Shown here: in pieces, positions 30,914 through 40,077 of the stretch | Layout: every line of letters begins with the position of its first letter | How positions within the stretch are numbered: the stretch's first letter is position 1 | Assembly: GCA_964612605.1 (NCBI GenBank) | Contig: CAZTEJ010000002.1 | Span: 1-52,957 of the forward strand | From: an uncultured Clostridium sp. | Lineage (GTDB): Bacteria; Bacillota_I; Bacilli_A; RF39; UBA660 | Reading direction: 5' to 3' | Length of the DNA stretch: 52,957 nucleotides | Position numbers and translations under genes: made by a program | The notes under the pieces: model-generated | Seen by the model: the letters and a program-made list of their open reading frames with translations, nothing else | Database searches by the model: none | Told to the model about the DNA's origin: nothing

Positions 30914-31669
30914 CTAACTGTTTGGTCCTAGATATGCATCTACGCCACACATTTCATCATAAACACCGTAAGCTGCACCATAGAAGAAGAATACTCCACC
31001 TATTCCACCATATCCGGTTGTGTATTTCATACTAGTTTCTAAAGTAATTTTAGATGTAGCATGCTGATATGATGAGTAGAATGTTGTGTCTCCTGTAACG
31101 TATAATTCTGTATCTTGATAGATTATCATTTGATAATCTGTTGTAGGAAGTGGCAAACTGCATCCCCAACCTGTTCCGTTATCCACATAATTAGTATATA
31201 CGTAATTATTGGTTCCTGCATTTAAATTAGTTGTTAATGAACCTACTCTTTGAGCATTTCCACCATATATTACTGAGCCAATAATATCGTAACTTGTTAC
31301 TCTTGGGATCCCTTTCCAGGTTAATGACGTAATCATTGTACAGTATCCTGAAAGACATGAATATGATAATTGTAATTTTTTAGCGGTTGTTTCATGTGAT
31401 TGAGATCTTAATGAATCATTTGTTGGTTCAATTTCTTTAACAACAGTTTTTACTTCTTTATCAAATAGTCCTTTGGTTAGATATCTGTTATATATATCAT
31501 TAGTAACTTGTGATTGAAATCCTTCCCAATACATTTTGGTAAAGAAATCATATTGTTGTTTTGTCATACTAACTCCATGTTCACTAGTATAATAAATATC
31601 ATCTGCATAAACATTTAATAAGAAAAGTAAACTTCCTAGGGCAACTAAAATCTTTATGATTTTATTCAA
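30914..31669 (-). CDS. Secreted hypothetical protein
   Basis: N-terminal signal peptide (MNKIIKILVALGSLLFLLNVYA). The body is Gly/Tyr/Thr-rich. No family recognised. Confidence 0.55.
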   Translation of the reverse strand: MNKIIKILVALGSLLFLLNVYADDIYYTSEHGVSMTKQQYDFFTKMYWEGFQSQVTNDIYNRYLTKGLFDKEVKTVVKEIEPTNDSLRSQSHETTAKKLQLSYSCLSGYCTMITSLTWKGIPRVTSYDIIGSVIYGGNAQRVGSLTTNLNAGTNNYVYTNYVDNGTGWGCSLPLPTTDYQMIIYQDTELYVTGDTTFYSSYQHATSKITLETSMKYTTGYGGIGGVFFFYGAAYGVYDEMCGVDAYLGPNS

Positions 31670-31743
31670 CTATGTATCACACTCCTTTCGTATCTTAACC
31701 ATACTATAAAGGTGTAAAAATTGGTAGTGAATATCGTTCACGT

Positions 31744-32817
31744 CTAGATAAATCCCTGAAAATATGGGCTTAAAAATTTTTCATATATTTCTTTAAAGGT
31801 ATTGTAATTTGGATCTTGTTGATTAGTATAATCATCAATTGTGATTGTAATTGGTTTATTATTATCAACATATTTTTCATATTTTACTGATTTGTTCTTA
31901 ATATTTATACTCATTTTTATTTTATAATTTTTCTCATTTATTTTAATTGCAATTTGTTCAGTTGATTTAACATAATCTATTTCTATTTTATCTTTATGTA
32001 AATAATACATTTCATTTATTTCGTCATATTTAAATCCATATTTTTTTAGTTGGTCTATAATATTTGGTTCGGCAGTCAATGTCTTTGCTTTTTGTCCTTT
32101 TATGGTTTGAATATCATCAAATATTACTTTATCATTGTTATAATTTTTATATGTATTTATGGTAATTTGTTCACATTTCTTTTCATAACATGCATCTAGG
32201 TATAGATTTTCTTTCTTATTAATTATATTTAAGAATAATTCGTGTGAATTTGATAATTCAACTAATAAATTGTCTAAATCACTTTTTAGTAATGTAGTCT
32301 TGATATTATTTTCATATGTGTATAATTCGATTGTTTCTACATTGATTGTTTCGTTTTTGTTATTGTAAAAGTTTCCTGGTTTGAAATACATTTTATCGTT
32401 TGCAAATAGGATTAATCCATCTTTTGTTTTGATTGTATCGTTGTTTCCATAGAATCTATACACTTCTGTAGAGTTATATGTTTTTGCAAAATAGTATATT
32501 AGAAATAGTATTAATGTTAAGATTAGTATAATTATTGATAATGTTGTTATTTTAAAGATAGGACTTTTTGATTTGAATATTTTTCTTAGATTATCGTTTT
32601 TATCTATTCTTGATCCGTTTAATAGTTCATCTACTGATATGTTAAAGAAATTGGCTATTGTTATTAATGTATCGTTTAATGGGACTACTATTCCTTTTTC
32701 CCATTTGTTAACTGTTGTTCTATGTACGAATAGTTTTTCTGCTAGTTCTTCTTGGCTTAGGCCTTGTTCGTTTCTTAATTCTTTTAGAAAGTTTCCAAAT
32801 TTATTTTCATTATTCAT
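31744..32817 (-). CDS. XRE-type HTH protein fused to a TM helix and an extracytoplasmic domain
   Basis: FGNFLKELRNEQGLSQEELAEKLFVHRTTVNKWEKG, then a TM helix (ITTLSIIILILTLILFLIYYF). Confidence 0.75.
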   Translation of the reverse strand: MNNENKFGNFLKELRNEQGLSQEELAEKLFVHRTTVNKWEKGIVVPLNDTLITIANFFNISVDELLNGSRIDKNDNLRKIFKSKSPIFKITTLSIIILILTLILFLIYYFAKTYNSTEVYRFYGNNDTIKTKDGLILFANDKMYFKPGNFYNNKNETINVETIELYTYENNIKTTLLKSDLDNLLVELSNSHELFLNIINKKENLYLDACYEKKCEQITINTYKNYNNDKVIFDDIQTIKGQKAKTLTAEPNIIDQLKKYGFKYDEINEMYYLHKDKIEIDYVKSTEQIAIKINEKNYKIKMSINIKNKSVKYEKYVDNNKPITITIDDYTNQQDPNYNTFKEIYEKFLSPYFQGFI

Positions 32818-32937
32818 TGTTACACCTCATTTTGAAATATGTTTAAGTTTATCATATTTTTTAATAAATCACTAGTGGGATATATTTTTGCATAGTTATA
32901 TAATCTTATGATATAATTTATATGGATGGTGAGTTTG

Positions 32938-33786
32938 ATGAATCGTAGAGATGGAGTTAAGGTTAAAGATATTGATGGGATGCATAATTTGATGTTGGAG
33001 TTAATGCCTAGAAGGTGTGATTCTGATGTTTATATATCAGCTAAGATTGATGTTACTAATTTAGTTAGTTATTTGGAAGAAAAGAAAAAGGATAATGGTA
33101 ATTTAACTTTTTTTCATGCTTTTTGTATTGCGATTGGTAAGCTTGTTTATAATAGACCGTTGTTGAATAGATTTATTATTAATAAGTGTTTTTATGACAG
33201 GAAGTATGTTAGTATTGGGTTTGTTGCTAAGAAAGAGTTTACTGATCATTCTGAGGAGGTTTTTAGTTCTATTAGGATTGATAATGATGATACAATTGAT
33301 TCTGTAAGTAAAAAAGTATATGATAAGGTTTATGGGGTTAGGCATAATAGGACTAATAATACTGATAATTTTGTTAATGTAATTGGTCATTTTCCTAAGG
33401 TATTGAGATTTTTAATTATGAAGATTTTTAAGTTTATGGATAATTATGATTTAATTCCTAGAAGTTTGACTGATAATTTGATTTATTATCAAACTGCTTT
33501 GGTTTCTAATTTGGGGTCTATTGATTGTGGTGCGATTTATCATCATTTAACTGATTTTGGAACTAATGAGGCGTTGATTACTTTTGGTAAGATTAAGGAT
33601 GAGGTTTGTGTTGTTGATGGTAAGGATTGTATAAGAAAATTTTTGGATGTGGGTATTACAATTGATGAGAGAATTGCTGATGGGTTTTATTTTGCTAAGT
33701 CGTTAAAGTATTTAGAATATTTTTTTGAAAATCCGAAATGTTTAGAAGATAATGCGGATAAGTTATATGATATTAAGTTGAGATAG
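32938..33786 (+). CDS. 2-oxoacid dehydrogenase E2 / CAT-fold acyltransferase-like protein (catalytic domain only)
   Basis: The C-terminal VGITIDERIADGFYFAKSLKYLEYFFENP aligns with the E2 DHRxxDG...P signature, with Glu in the His position. The start was chosen at MNRRDG. Confidence 0.6.
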   Translation: MNRRDGVKVKDIDGMHNLMLELMPRRCDSDVYISAKIDVTNLVSYLEEKKKDNGNLTFFHAFCIAIGKLVYNRPLLNRFIINKCFYDRKYVSIGFVAKKEFTDHSEEVFSSIRIDNDDTIDSVSKKVYDKVYGVRHNRTNNTDNFVNVIGHFPKVLRFLIMKIFKFMDNYDLIPRSLTDNLIYYQTALVSNLGSIDCGAIYHHLTDFGTNEALITFGKIKDEVCVVDGKDCIRKFLDVGITIDERIADGFYFAKSLKYLEYFFENPKCLEDNADKLYDIKLR

Positions 33787-33792
33787 TTAAAA

Positions 33793-33819
33793 AATACTAG
33801 ATATTTTTCTAGTATTTTT
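33793..33819. terminator. Bidirectional hairpin terminator between convergent genes
   Basis: 9-bp stem aatactaga/tctagtatt with a 6-nt loop, an A-run on one side and a T-run on the other. Confidence 0.65.
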
Positions 33820-34423
33820 ATTGTGTTTTGTATGATGTTAATCCGATAGATGTTAATATTTCTTTGTTTGCGTAATCGTTTGATGTTGATATATCTAGCC
33901 AGGTTGTTATTCTATAGGTTGAGGTTTGGTTTTTAGCAAATGAGGTTTCTGATGTTAGGTTGTATGATGTGTATCCTGTGTTTAGGATTTCGTCTGTTGT
34001 TGTTATGTTTGATAGTGTATTATTTACTAGTGTTGTTGTGCTTGCGCAGGTTGCATTGGCACATTTTTCGGCTTTTATGTGTATTAGATTTGAAGGTATT
34101 TCGGTGTTGGTTTCGATGTTTAGATTGTAGTCTACTGATACTTTGTTGTTATTTGATATTGTAAATACATATGGTGTGCATGTTGCTGCTTCTGTATCTG
34201 TTATTGGATATGTTTGGCATAGTTTTAATTCTCCACTTACGTATGTAAGTGTTAGGTCTAATTTTTGTGATTGGATTACCATTGTTGATGTACTTTCGTT
34301 ACCGTTTATTTGTAATACGTAGTATGCGTAACTACTTGTTAGTATTAATATTATTATTCCTAGTATTATTGATGATAGTAATATTATTGTTTGATTTTTG
34401 TAATTTGTCTTTTTTTTGTTCAT
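33818..34423 (-). CDS. Secreted protein with a TasA/camelysin-like (SipW-type) N-terminus
   Basis: Signal anchor followed by SSYAYYVLQINGNES...QSQKLDLTLT (compare TWAAFND...GTLDL in TasA). The C-terminus ends ...SIGLTSYKTQ. Confidence 0.4.
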   Translation of the reverse strand: MNKKKTNYKNQTIILLSSIILGIIILILTSSYAYYVLQINGNESTSTMVIQSQKLDLTLTYVSGELKLCQTYPITDTEAATCTPYVFTISNNNKVSVDYNLNIETNTEIPSNLIHIKAEKCANATCASTTTLVNNTLSNITTTDEILNTGYTSYNLTSETSFAKNQTSTYRITTWLDISTSNDYANKEILTSIGLTSYKTQ

Positions 34424-34547
34424 ATGTTTCTCACCCTTATAGTTAAACTATATCATAATTATTAAGTAAATTCAATTGGTGGGAAAGATTTTTATTATGT
34501 GTTAATTATTTGGTTGATATGGAGAATTTTTTTGTCATTGTTATGTG

Positions 34548-34925
34548 TTATTGATTTTGTTGTGTTAATTCGTTTTCTAGTGCGATAATCTTGTTAAAGT
34601 ATTTATCATTTTTTTCTTTATATTTTGATATTTCTTCTTCATTTCTTTGAATTTTATATTTTAATACCTCAATATGTTCTTCTTTTGTTCTGATGAAACA
34701 ATTTCCAATTAATCCTCTACCATAATTGCCTATATATTTATATCCATCTTCTCCTAGTATTTCATATATTTGTTCATACCATGGACTTCCATGATATGAT
34801 AAATCATCAGATTGTTTGCTTGATTGAATTGTACCAAGAATATAGTTCTCATCATTTTGGTCTGTTCCCCATTCTCTAAAATATTTAAATATTAATACTT
34901 CGGTTCCGTTTGGTATTATATTCAT
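34548..34925 (-). CDS. Hypothetical protein with a C-terminal coiled coil
   Basis: 125-aa ORF, 19 nt after the preceding gene, with a GGGAGGAAG RBS. No family recognised. Confidence 0.5.
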   Translation of the reverse strand: MNIIPNGTEVLIFKYFREWGTDQNDENYILGTIQSSKQSDDLSYHGSPWYEQIYEILGEDGYKYIGNYGRGLIGNCFIRTKEEHIEVLKYKIQRNEEEISKYKEKNDKYFNKIIALENELTQQNQ

Positions 34926-34944
34926 TTTTATCTTCCTCCCTTAA

Positions 34945-35562
34945 TTATCTCATTTGTGGATATTTTTTTAGTATTAATTGTTTTGCTTTGGTTTGTCCTT
35001 GTTCGATTGATGTTATAAAATAGTCTTTTCGTACTTCATTGAATCCATTATCATTTTTTATGGTGTTGTATGGATTTAATATTGTATACTTTTCTTTTAA
35101 TTCGCTTACGAGGTATCTATTGTATAATTTATGGCAATATTCACTTGGTGTTGGATAATAACGATAGTATGAATCTTTTTCAAAGCATTTTTGAATATAA
35201 TCATCTGTATATGCCTTGTATATTCTATTTGTTTCTATATCTTTAAATTTTTGATATTGTATATATTTGTTATCAAATTCAAGCTTTTTTTCGTACCAAT
35301 TTGTTTCTTGATAAATTATATCACCTGTTAGTAAATAGTTTCCAATGCATACGAGTATCCCATTTGATTCGGTTATTTCAAATTTTTTTAGTAGTTCGTT
35401 TAACATTAAGTATTTATCTGTTTCTGGTGGATTTAGATTTATATCGTTTAGTAAAATAAATTCTTGTATTAGCTCGTTGGTGAATAATTCGTTTATTCTG
35501 TTTCGTTTGTTTGTTTCTTGTGTAATAGTTTTTTTTAATTTAATTAGTTCTTCTTTCTTCAT
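34945..35562 (-). CDS. Hypothetical protein
   Basis: 205-aa ORF with a GGAGGA RBS. An extended -10-like TGATAAAAT lies upstream (~35590). No family recognised. Confidence 0.5.
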   Translation of the reverse strand: MKKEELIKLKKTITQETNKRNRINELFTNELIQEFILLNDINLNPPETDKYLMLNELLKKFEITESNGILVCIGNYLLTGDIIYQETNWYEKKLEFDNKYIQYQKFKDIETNRIYKAYTDDYIQKCFEKDSYYRYYPTPSEYCHKLYNRYLVSELKEKYTILNPYNTIKNDNGFNEVRKDYFITSIEQGQTKAKQLILKKYPQMR

Positions 35563-35660
35563 TTTTCCTCCTTCTTACAAGTATATTTTATCATATATGA
35601 GGGTTAGGTTTGCTCTATGATTTGTAGAGTTTTAAATTTTATCGCATGATGTCATTAGTT

Positions 35661-35939
35661 TCATTCACATTCGCTTGCAAATAGAGGTATTTCTTTTCCT
35701 TTTTTAATTATATAGGGTATTTCTAAATCTGTCTTAAAGAGGATGTCTTCAACATCAATAAAGTTTTCTGGGATTATTCCTATTCCGGTTGGATCGTATG
35801 AAATACACTTTACTTTATTATCTTTTGTTAGTGCTAGTATATATAAGTGTGATGTTTTTATTTTTTTATATTTTATACCGCTTATGTAGTTGTGTAAACT
35901 ATATTGTGATGTAATTGTTTCAATCATATTATTATTCAT
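35661..35939 (-). CDS. Hypothetical small protein
   Basis: The ORF-track start at 36002 overlaps the upstream gene by 71 nt. An internal ATG at 35939 (MNNNMIETI) gives an ATGAATAA start/stop overlap typical of coupling. Confidence 0.4.
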   Translation of the reverse strand: MNNNMIETITSQYSLHNYISGIKYKKIKTSHLYILALTKDNKVKCISYDPTGIGIIPENFIDVEDILFKTDLEIPYIIKKGKEIPLFASECE

Positions 35940-36159
35940 GATAGCAAATATACTTAGTCCATCCATAAAACATAATTTGTTTATTTTTATATAGGGTTCC
36001 ATTTTTTAATAAGATATATATAGAGTTGAAATAATCTGTTTCTATTTGTTTAATATCATTTTGAGATATATTATCTAATATTTCTGTATTTTCCATAATA
36101 TATTTTAGTTTTTCTTTGTAATCGGTTATAAAGTAAATTTTAAAATCATTATCGTTCAT
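35932..36159 (-). CDS. Hypothetical small protein
   Basis: 75-aa ORF with an AGGAGA RBS. It shares an xxYILxLxK(D/N)xxx motif with the next ORF. Confidence 0.4.
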   Translation of the reverse strand: MNDNDFKIYFITDYKEKLKYIMENTEILDNISQNDIKQIETDYFNSIYILLKNGTLYKNKQIMFYGWTKYICYHE

Positions 36160-36281
36160 TGTTTATTTCTCCTTTCATTTGTTACTATAGCATACTTTGG
36201 AGGGTGAAATTACTGACTCTGAATTAATTATTGGGAAGTTGGTTATTATATAGTTGTTTAGATTTTGGATCTTAATAGAAT

Positions 36282-36301
36282 AAAACTAGTCATGTGACTA
36301 G
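36282..36301 (-). terminator. Short hairpin terminator downstream of the AEP-helicase gene
   Basis: Stem ctagtc/gactag with a 4-nt loop, followed on the minus strand by TTTT. Confidence 0.45.
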
Positions 36302-36349
36302 CTTTGTCTTAATAAGTTTTTTGATGAAAAGTATTTTAATGTATGTAAA

Positions 36350-38695
36350 TTATTCTTCTATAATTTCATATCCTAATTTTTCGTAGGTCTTTTTCCTTTT
36401 TAGAAACATATTTCTTGTTTTTGAGTAGTTATCATCTACATAATCATAGATTATAATTTCTTTTTTATTGCTATCTTTGCGATGGAGTCTTCCTGTATAT
36501 TGAATTACTCTTGTTTTTCCTGAGATTGGCATTGTTAAGAATAATACTTCTAGTTTTGAATCGTCAAATCCTTCGCCTATGTAGGAACCGGTTGCTACTA
36601 TAATTTTGTTTTCGTTATTTTCTTGGATTTGATTTAGTTGTTCTTGATATTTAGTTAATACTTTTTTACCAATTCCTCCATAATATTTAAATATATTGTT
36701 TGTTATTTGATTTAATTTTTCGTAGATATAGTTCATTAGTTCTAGTCTTTCAGTTAGCACAAGTATATTTTTTCCTTTGTTGTATTCTGCTATGATATCT
36801 TTTATTATTTTTTCGGTTCTTATAACATCTTTTGAAATAAAATCATTTATTTCGTTTAGTTCATAGTTATTGATTTTTGGGTTTGTAAAATTAAGGTGGG
36901 TATTTTTAACTATTACTTTCATTGGAATATTTAACTCTTTATTGTATTTTAAACTATCTACTTTGTACCTTATATCTCCACATTGCATTTTAATTATTGG
37001 TGTGTGTCCGTTTTCTCTTTCTGGGGTTGCGGATATTCCATACACGTATTTGGCACTTCCTGTATTAATTGCTTGTTCATACGTATAGGCAGCTGTATGA
37101 TGGCATTCGTCTATGATAATCATTCCGTAATTTTTAGCTATATCTAGTATATTTCCGTTATTCCATAGTGATTTTATACTTGCTACGTCTATAATGTTAG
37201 TTATTTTTTTCTTTTTACTACTTATTTCTCCAACTTCGTCTATATCTAAAAATTCTTTTATTCTTTCTTTCCATTGATTTAGTAATTGTATTTTGTTTAC
37301 TAGTATTAATGTGTTTACTTGGTTTTGTTCGATCATTTTGCATCCTATAACGGTTTTGCCGAAGCCGGTTGGGGCACTTAATATTCCATTTTCGTGTTTT
37401 AATAGGTTATCTAAGGCTTTTTGTTGTTCATCTTTAAGCGTTCCTTTGAATGTTACATTAATTTGTTTTCCTGGGAATCTTTTGTCTATTTTATTTATTG
37501 TTATGTTGTTTGCTTTGCAAAGATTTTCTAAGTATTCGTATGTTCCTCTAGGTAGTTTTAGGTATTTTTCATCTTCTTTGCTACAGTCAATTACCATTGG
37601 TATATTGTGCACTGATAGTCTTAGTCTTTGGTGTTGATAAAATTCTGGGTTAGCAAATGTGGCTAATCTTCTGAAACTATTTTTTACGGATACTGTAATA
37701 TTTGTTTTATCTATGTAAATCATGTCATCTAGTATAATATTTATATTTTTTGGATATTCTATTGTTGTATTTGTTTTGTTGATTAATTCTTGGTTCATGT
37801 CTGTTATTTCGTGTCCTATATCGATTGTTTCTTTGGTTAGTTGTTTGATTTTTTCGTGCACTTCTTCTTCTGTTAGTTTTTGTATTGTGTTTAAATATTG
37901 AATTTGATTTTTTATTTGGTTAAAGTTTTTATCGATGAGAATTGTATTTCCTTGTTTTGCTGGTTCGTATTGGAATGGGAGTGCGATTAGGTTTCCATAT
38001 CCTCCTTTTGGTAATGTATCTTGGTTTGGGAACATTCTATCAAATGTTTTTATTGATAGATTGGATATTTCCATTGTTTTTGATAATAATAGACTTCCTA
38101 GTTTTCTTGCTGTAATGGCTTTTATTTTGTGAGTAAAGAATATCCATATGTGGATTCCGTTTCCTGATGAGCTTCGTTCTAGTACATAGGGTATGGTATA
38201 TTTTTCACATATTTTGATAAATGCTTGGACGTCTGTTTTTAAATCATGGGTTGTTTGTTTGTTGTCAAAATCTAGTGCAAGAAAGTAGCATGTATCATCT
38301 TCTAGTAATGGATAGATACCTATTGGGTTGTTTGTATACATGTGGTTATATATTGTTTCTTTGGTTAGTGGTTTGTTTTCTCTGTATTTGCATGTTTTGC
38401 ATTTTTTACTCATTGTTTTGTTGCATATTCCTTTTTTCCATTCGTTTGCACAGGCTGGGATATAGTATTTAATTTTTGGGTTGTTTTTATCAATTGATAT
38501 GTATGGATAGGTGTCTGTTCTTCCTTTAAAGTAATTCATAATTATTTTAATTGTTTCTTCTCTTGTGGTTGTGATTTCTGGATGGATTTGGTTTTGTTCT
38601 TGATACTGTTTTTTTAGTTCGTCTAGTTCTTGTTGGATTTTAATTAGTTCTTGTTCTTTTGTTTTAATTTGGTTTAATATTTCCGATTTGTTCAT
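36350..38695 (-). CDS. Archaeo-eukaryotic primase (AEP)-like domain fused to an SF2 DEAD/DEAH-type helicase
   Basis: AEP motifs CYFLALDFD (DxD), SSSGNGIHIWIFF (sGxGxH) and DRMFPNQD. A Cys cluster (CANEW..C..CKTCKY) is present. Helicase motifs are APTGFGKT, IIIDECHH, ISATPER and QYTGRLHR. Confidence 0.85.
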   Translation of the reverse strand: MNKSEILNQIKTKEQELIKIQQELDELKKQYQEQNQIHPEITTTREETIKIIMNYFKGRTDTYPYISIDKNNPKIKYYIPACANEWKKGICNKTMSKKCKTCKYRENKPLTKETIYNHMYTNNPIGIYPLLEDDTCYFLALDFDNKQTTHDLKTDVQAFIKICEKYTIPYVLERSSSGNGIHIWIFFTHKIKAITARKLGSLLLSKTMEISNLSIKTFDRMFPNQDTLPKGGYGNLIALPFQYEPAKQGNTILIDKNFNQIKNQIQYLNTIQKLTEEEVHEKIKQLTKETIDIGHEITDMNQELINKTNTTIEYPKNINIILDDMIYIDKTNITVSVKNSFRRLATFANPEFYQHQRLRLSVHNIPMVIDCSKEDEKYLKLPRGTYEYLENLCKANNITINKIDKRFPGKQINVTFKGTLKDEQQKALDNLLKHENGILSAPTGFGKTVIGCKMIEQNQVNTLILVNKIQLLNQWKERIKEFLDIDEVGEISSKKKKITNIIDVASIKSLWNNGNILDIAKNYGMIIIDECHHTAAYTYEQAINTGSAKYVYGISATPERENGHTPIIKMQCGDIRYKVDSLKYNKELNIPMKVIVKNTHLNFTNPKINNYELNEINDFISKDVIRTEKIIKDIIAEYNKGKNILVLTERLELMNYIYEKLNQITNNIFKYYGGIGKKVLTKYQEQLNQIQENNENKIIVATGSYIGEGFDDSKLEVLFLTMPISGKTRVIQYTGRLHRKDSNKKEIIIYDYVDDNYSKTRNMFLKRKKTYEKLGYEIIEE

Positions 38696-38852
38696 GTTTC
38701 TCCTTATTTATTTAAAATTGTTTGTTATAAATCTTTGTTTGTTATTTTTGTCCTAAATTTTAATTAATTTAAAATCACCCTTTGGTTGTATATTATATCA
38801 TATATGTTTTAAAATGAAATATATAATTGTTAATAAGAAGTAAGTATATGTG

Positions 38853-38878
38853 AAAAAAATCTCAAGTTGTTGAGATTT
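38853..38878 (-). terminator. Rho-independent terminator
   Basis: 9-bp stem aaatctcaa/ttgagattt with a 4-nt loop, followed on the minus strand by a T-run that overlaps the descending arm. Confidence 0.6.
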
Positions 38879-38955
38879 GATTGAGAGGTATATTTTGATT
38901 ATTTAATATTTTTACTTTTGTACCTACAGTATGTCATTTTGTGGAACTATAGTAA

Positions 38956-39194
38956 TTAATTAACTTTATTAAATAATTCGTCTACAATTAAATCTTTTGA
39001 ATGTAAATTATTATTTTTACCTAATAATAAATCTTCATAGAATTTAATTAAGAAAGTATTGTCTTCTCTAAATGGATGTATTTGCCATATTCTACTAGAA
39101 AAACATGTTATATTATTAATTACATCAACTATAATCATTTCATTATAGTTTTTATTTCATACTTTGATAGTATTTGTTCTACTATATTATTCAT
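38956..39194 (-). pseudogene. Truncated, frameshifted stub with a degenerate Fic-like motif
   Basis: MNNIVEQILSKYEIKTIMK-stop, then in another frame ...RIWQIHPFREDNTFLIKFYEDLL (compare the Fic motif HPFxxGNGRxxR). It is far too short for a Fic domain. Confidence 0.35.
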
Positions 39195-39777
39195 TTTGAT
39201 TCCTCCTCATGTATCTTGCCAATAAATTTATGTTTGTAGAGTGATATAATTCGCTTAATCTTTCTATCTTATCAATATTTAATTTGTTAAATGTTTCTTC
39301 ATCTATTCTTAAGTCACTAAATAACATATTTTCTAAATTAGTATAGTTGTTTAATGGTGCTAATGTATATAGCTTATCACATAATGCTTTTTCAGGTGTT
39401 GCAATTTGATATGAATAATTATTTTCTTCTTTTAATAATATTTCTTTTGGGTATGCTAAAACAGGTATATCTCTATATATAAATGTCCCAAAATTTGTAT
39501 AGTATTCCTTTTTCTTTTTCTTATCACATGTAGCACATGTGATTGTAGATACTCTTTCAGGTATTAAACCATAATATGATAAAGCATATTCAAAAGATAT
39601 ATATGAAGGACCATATATACTTCCTGCTAATAAATAGCTAGGTGTATTAGGATCCGTTTCATATAATCCATTAATTATTTTGAATATTTTACCTTCTTTA
39701 ACTTCCCTAGCTAATTAAGTGTCTTTATTAGAATATTTATCATAATTGTTTTTAGCTAATCTACTTGTGATTATCAT
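39187..39777 (-). pseudogene. AbiEi-family (type IV TA antitoxin-like) gene with an in-frame TAA
   Basis: MIITSRLAKNNYDKYSNKDT-TAA-LAREVKEGKIFKIINGLYE...YISFEYALSYYGLIPERV... is 196 codons in one frame. The stop is at 39717..39715. It is missing from the ORF track because no start codon follows the stop. Confidence 0.6.
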
Positions 39778-40077
39778 ATTTTCACCTCTAATTACTATTT
39801 AGCGATAATTTGTGGTGAAAATCAAGGAAATTTGTATTCAGTATATTATGTAAATTACTTAACTTTTATACTGTTTTAGTATCATTTTCTCATTCAAAAT
39901 TGTGCATTTAGTACTGAAAATACTCATTACTTGTCATTTTACACTTAATTGTGCAATTTATTTAGAATTTAATACTTTAAATTATCTTTATAAAATTATC
40001 CATTCCCCGTTTTGTTCTATATTATATGTTATTTGTTTAATTGGATTTGTAGATGTTGAATAATCATCTTATATATT

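Noticed and set aside
33103-33390. 95-aa minus-strand ORF inside the E2-like acyltransferase gene
   Set aside because: It is antisense to an ORF that carries a recognisable family signature, and no RBS is present.
35661-36159. The 71-nt overlap of ORFs 35932..36159 and 35661..36002, read as a frameshifted single gene
   Set aside because: An internal ATG at 35939 gives a canonical ATGAATAA start/stop overlap. Two coupled small genes explain the data without invoking a frameshift. A fused pseudogene cannot be fully excluded.
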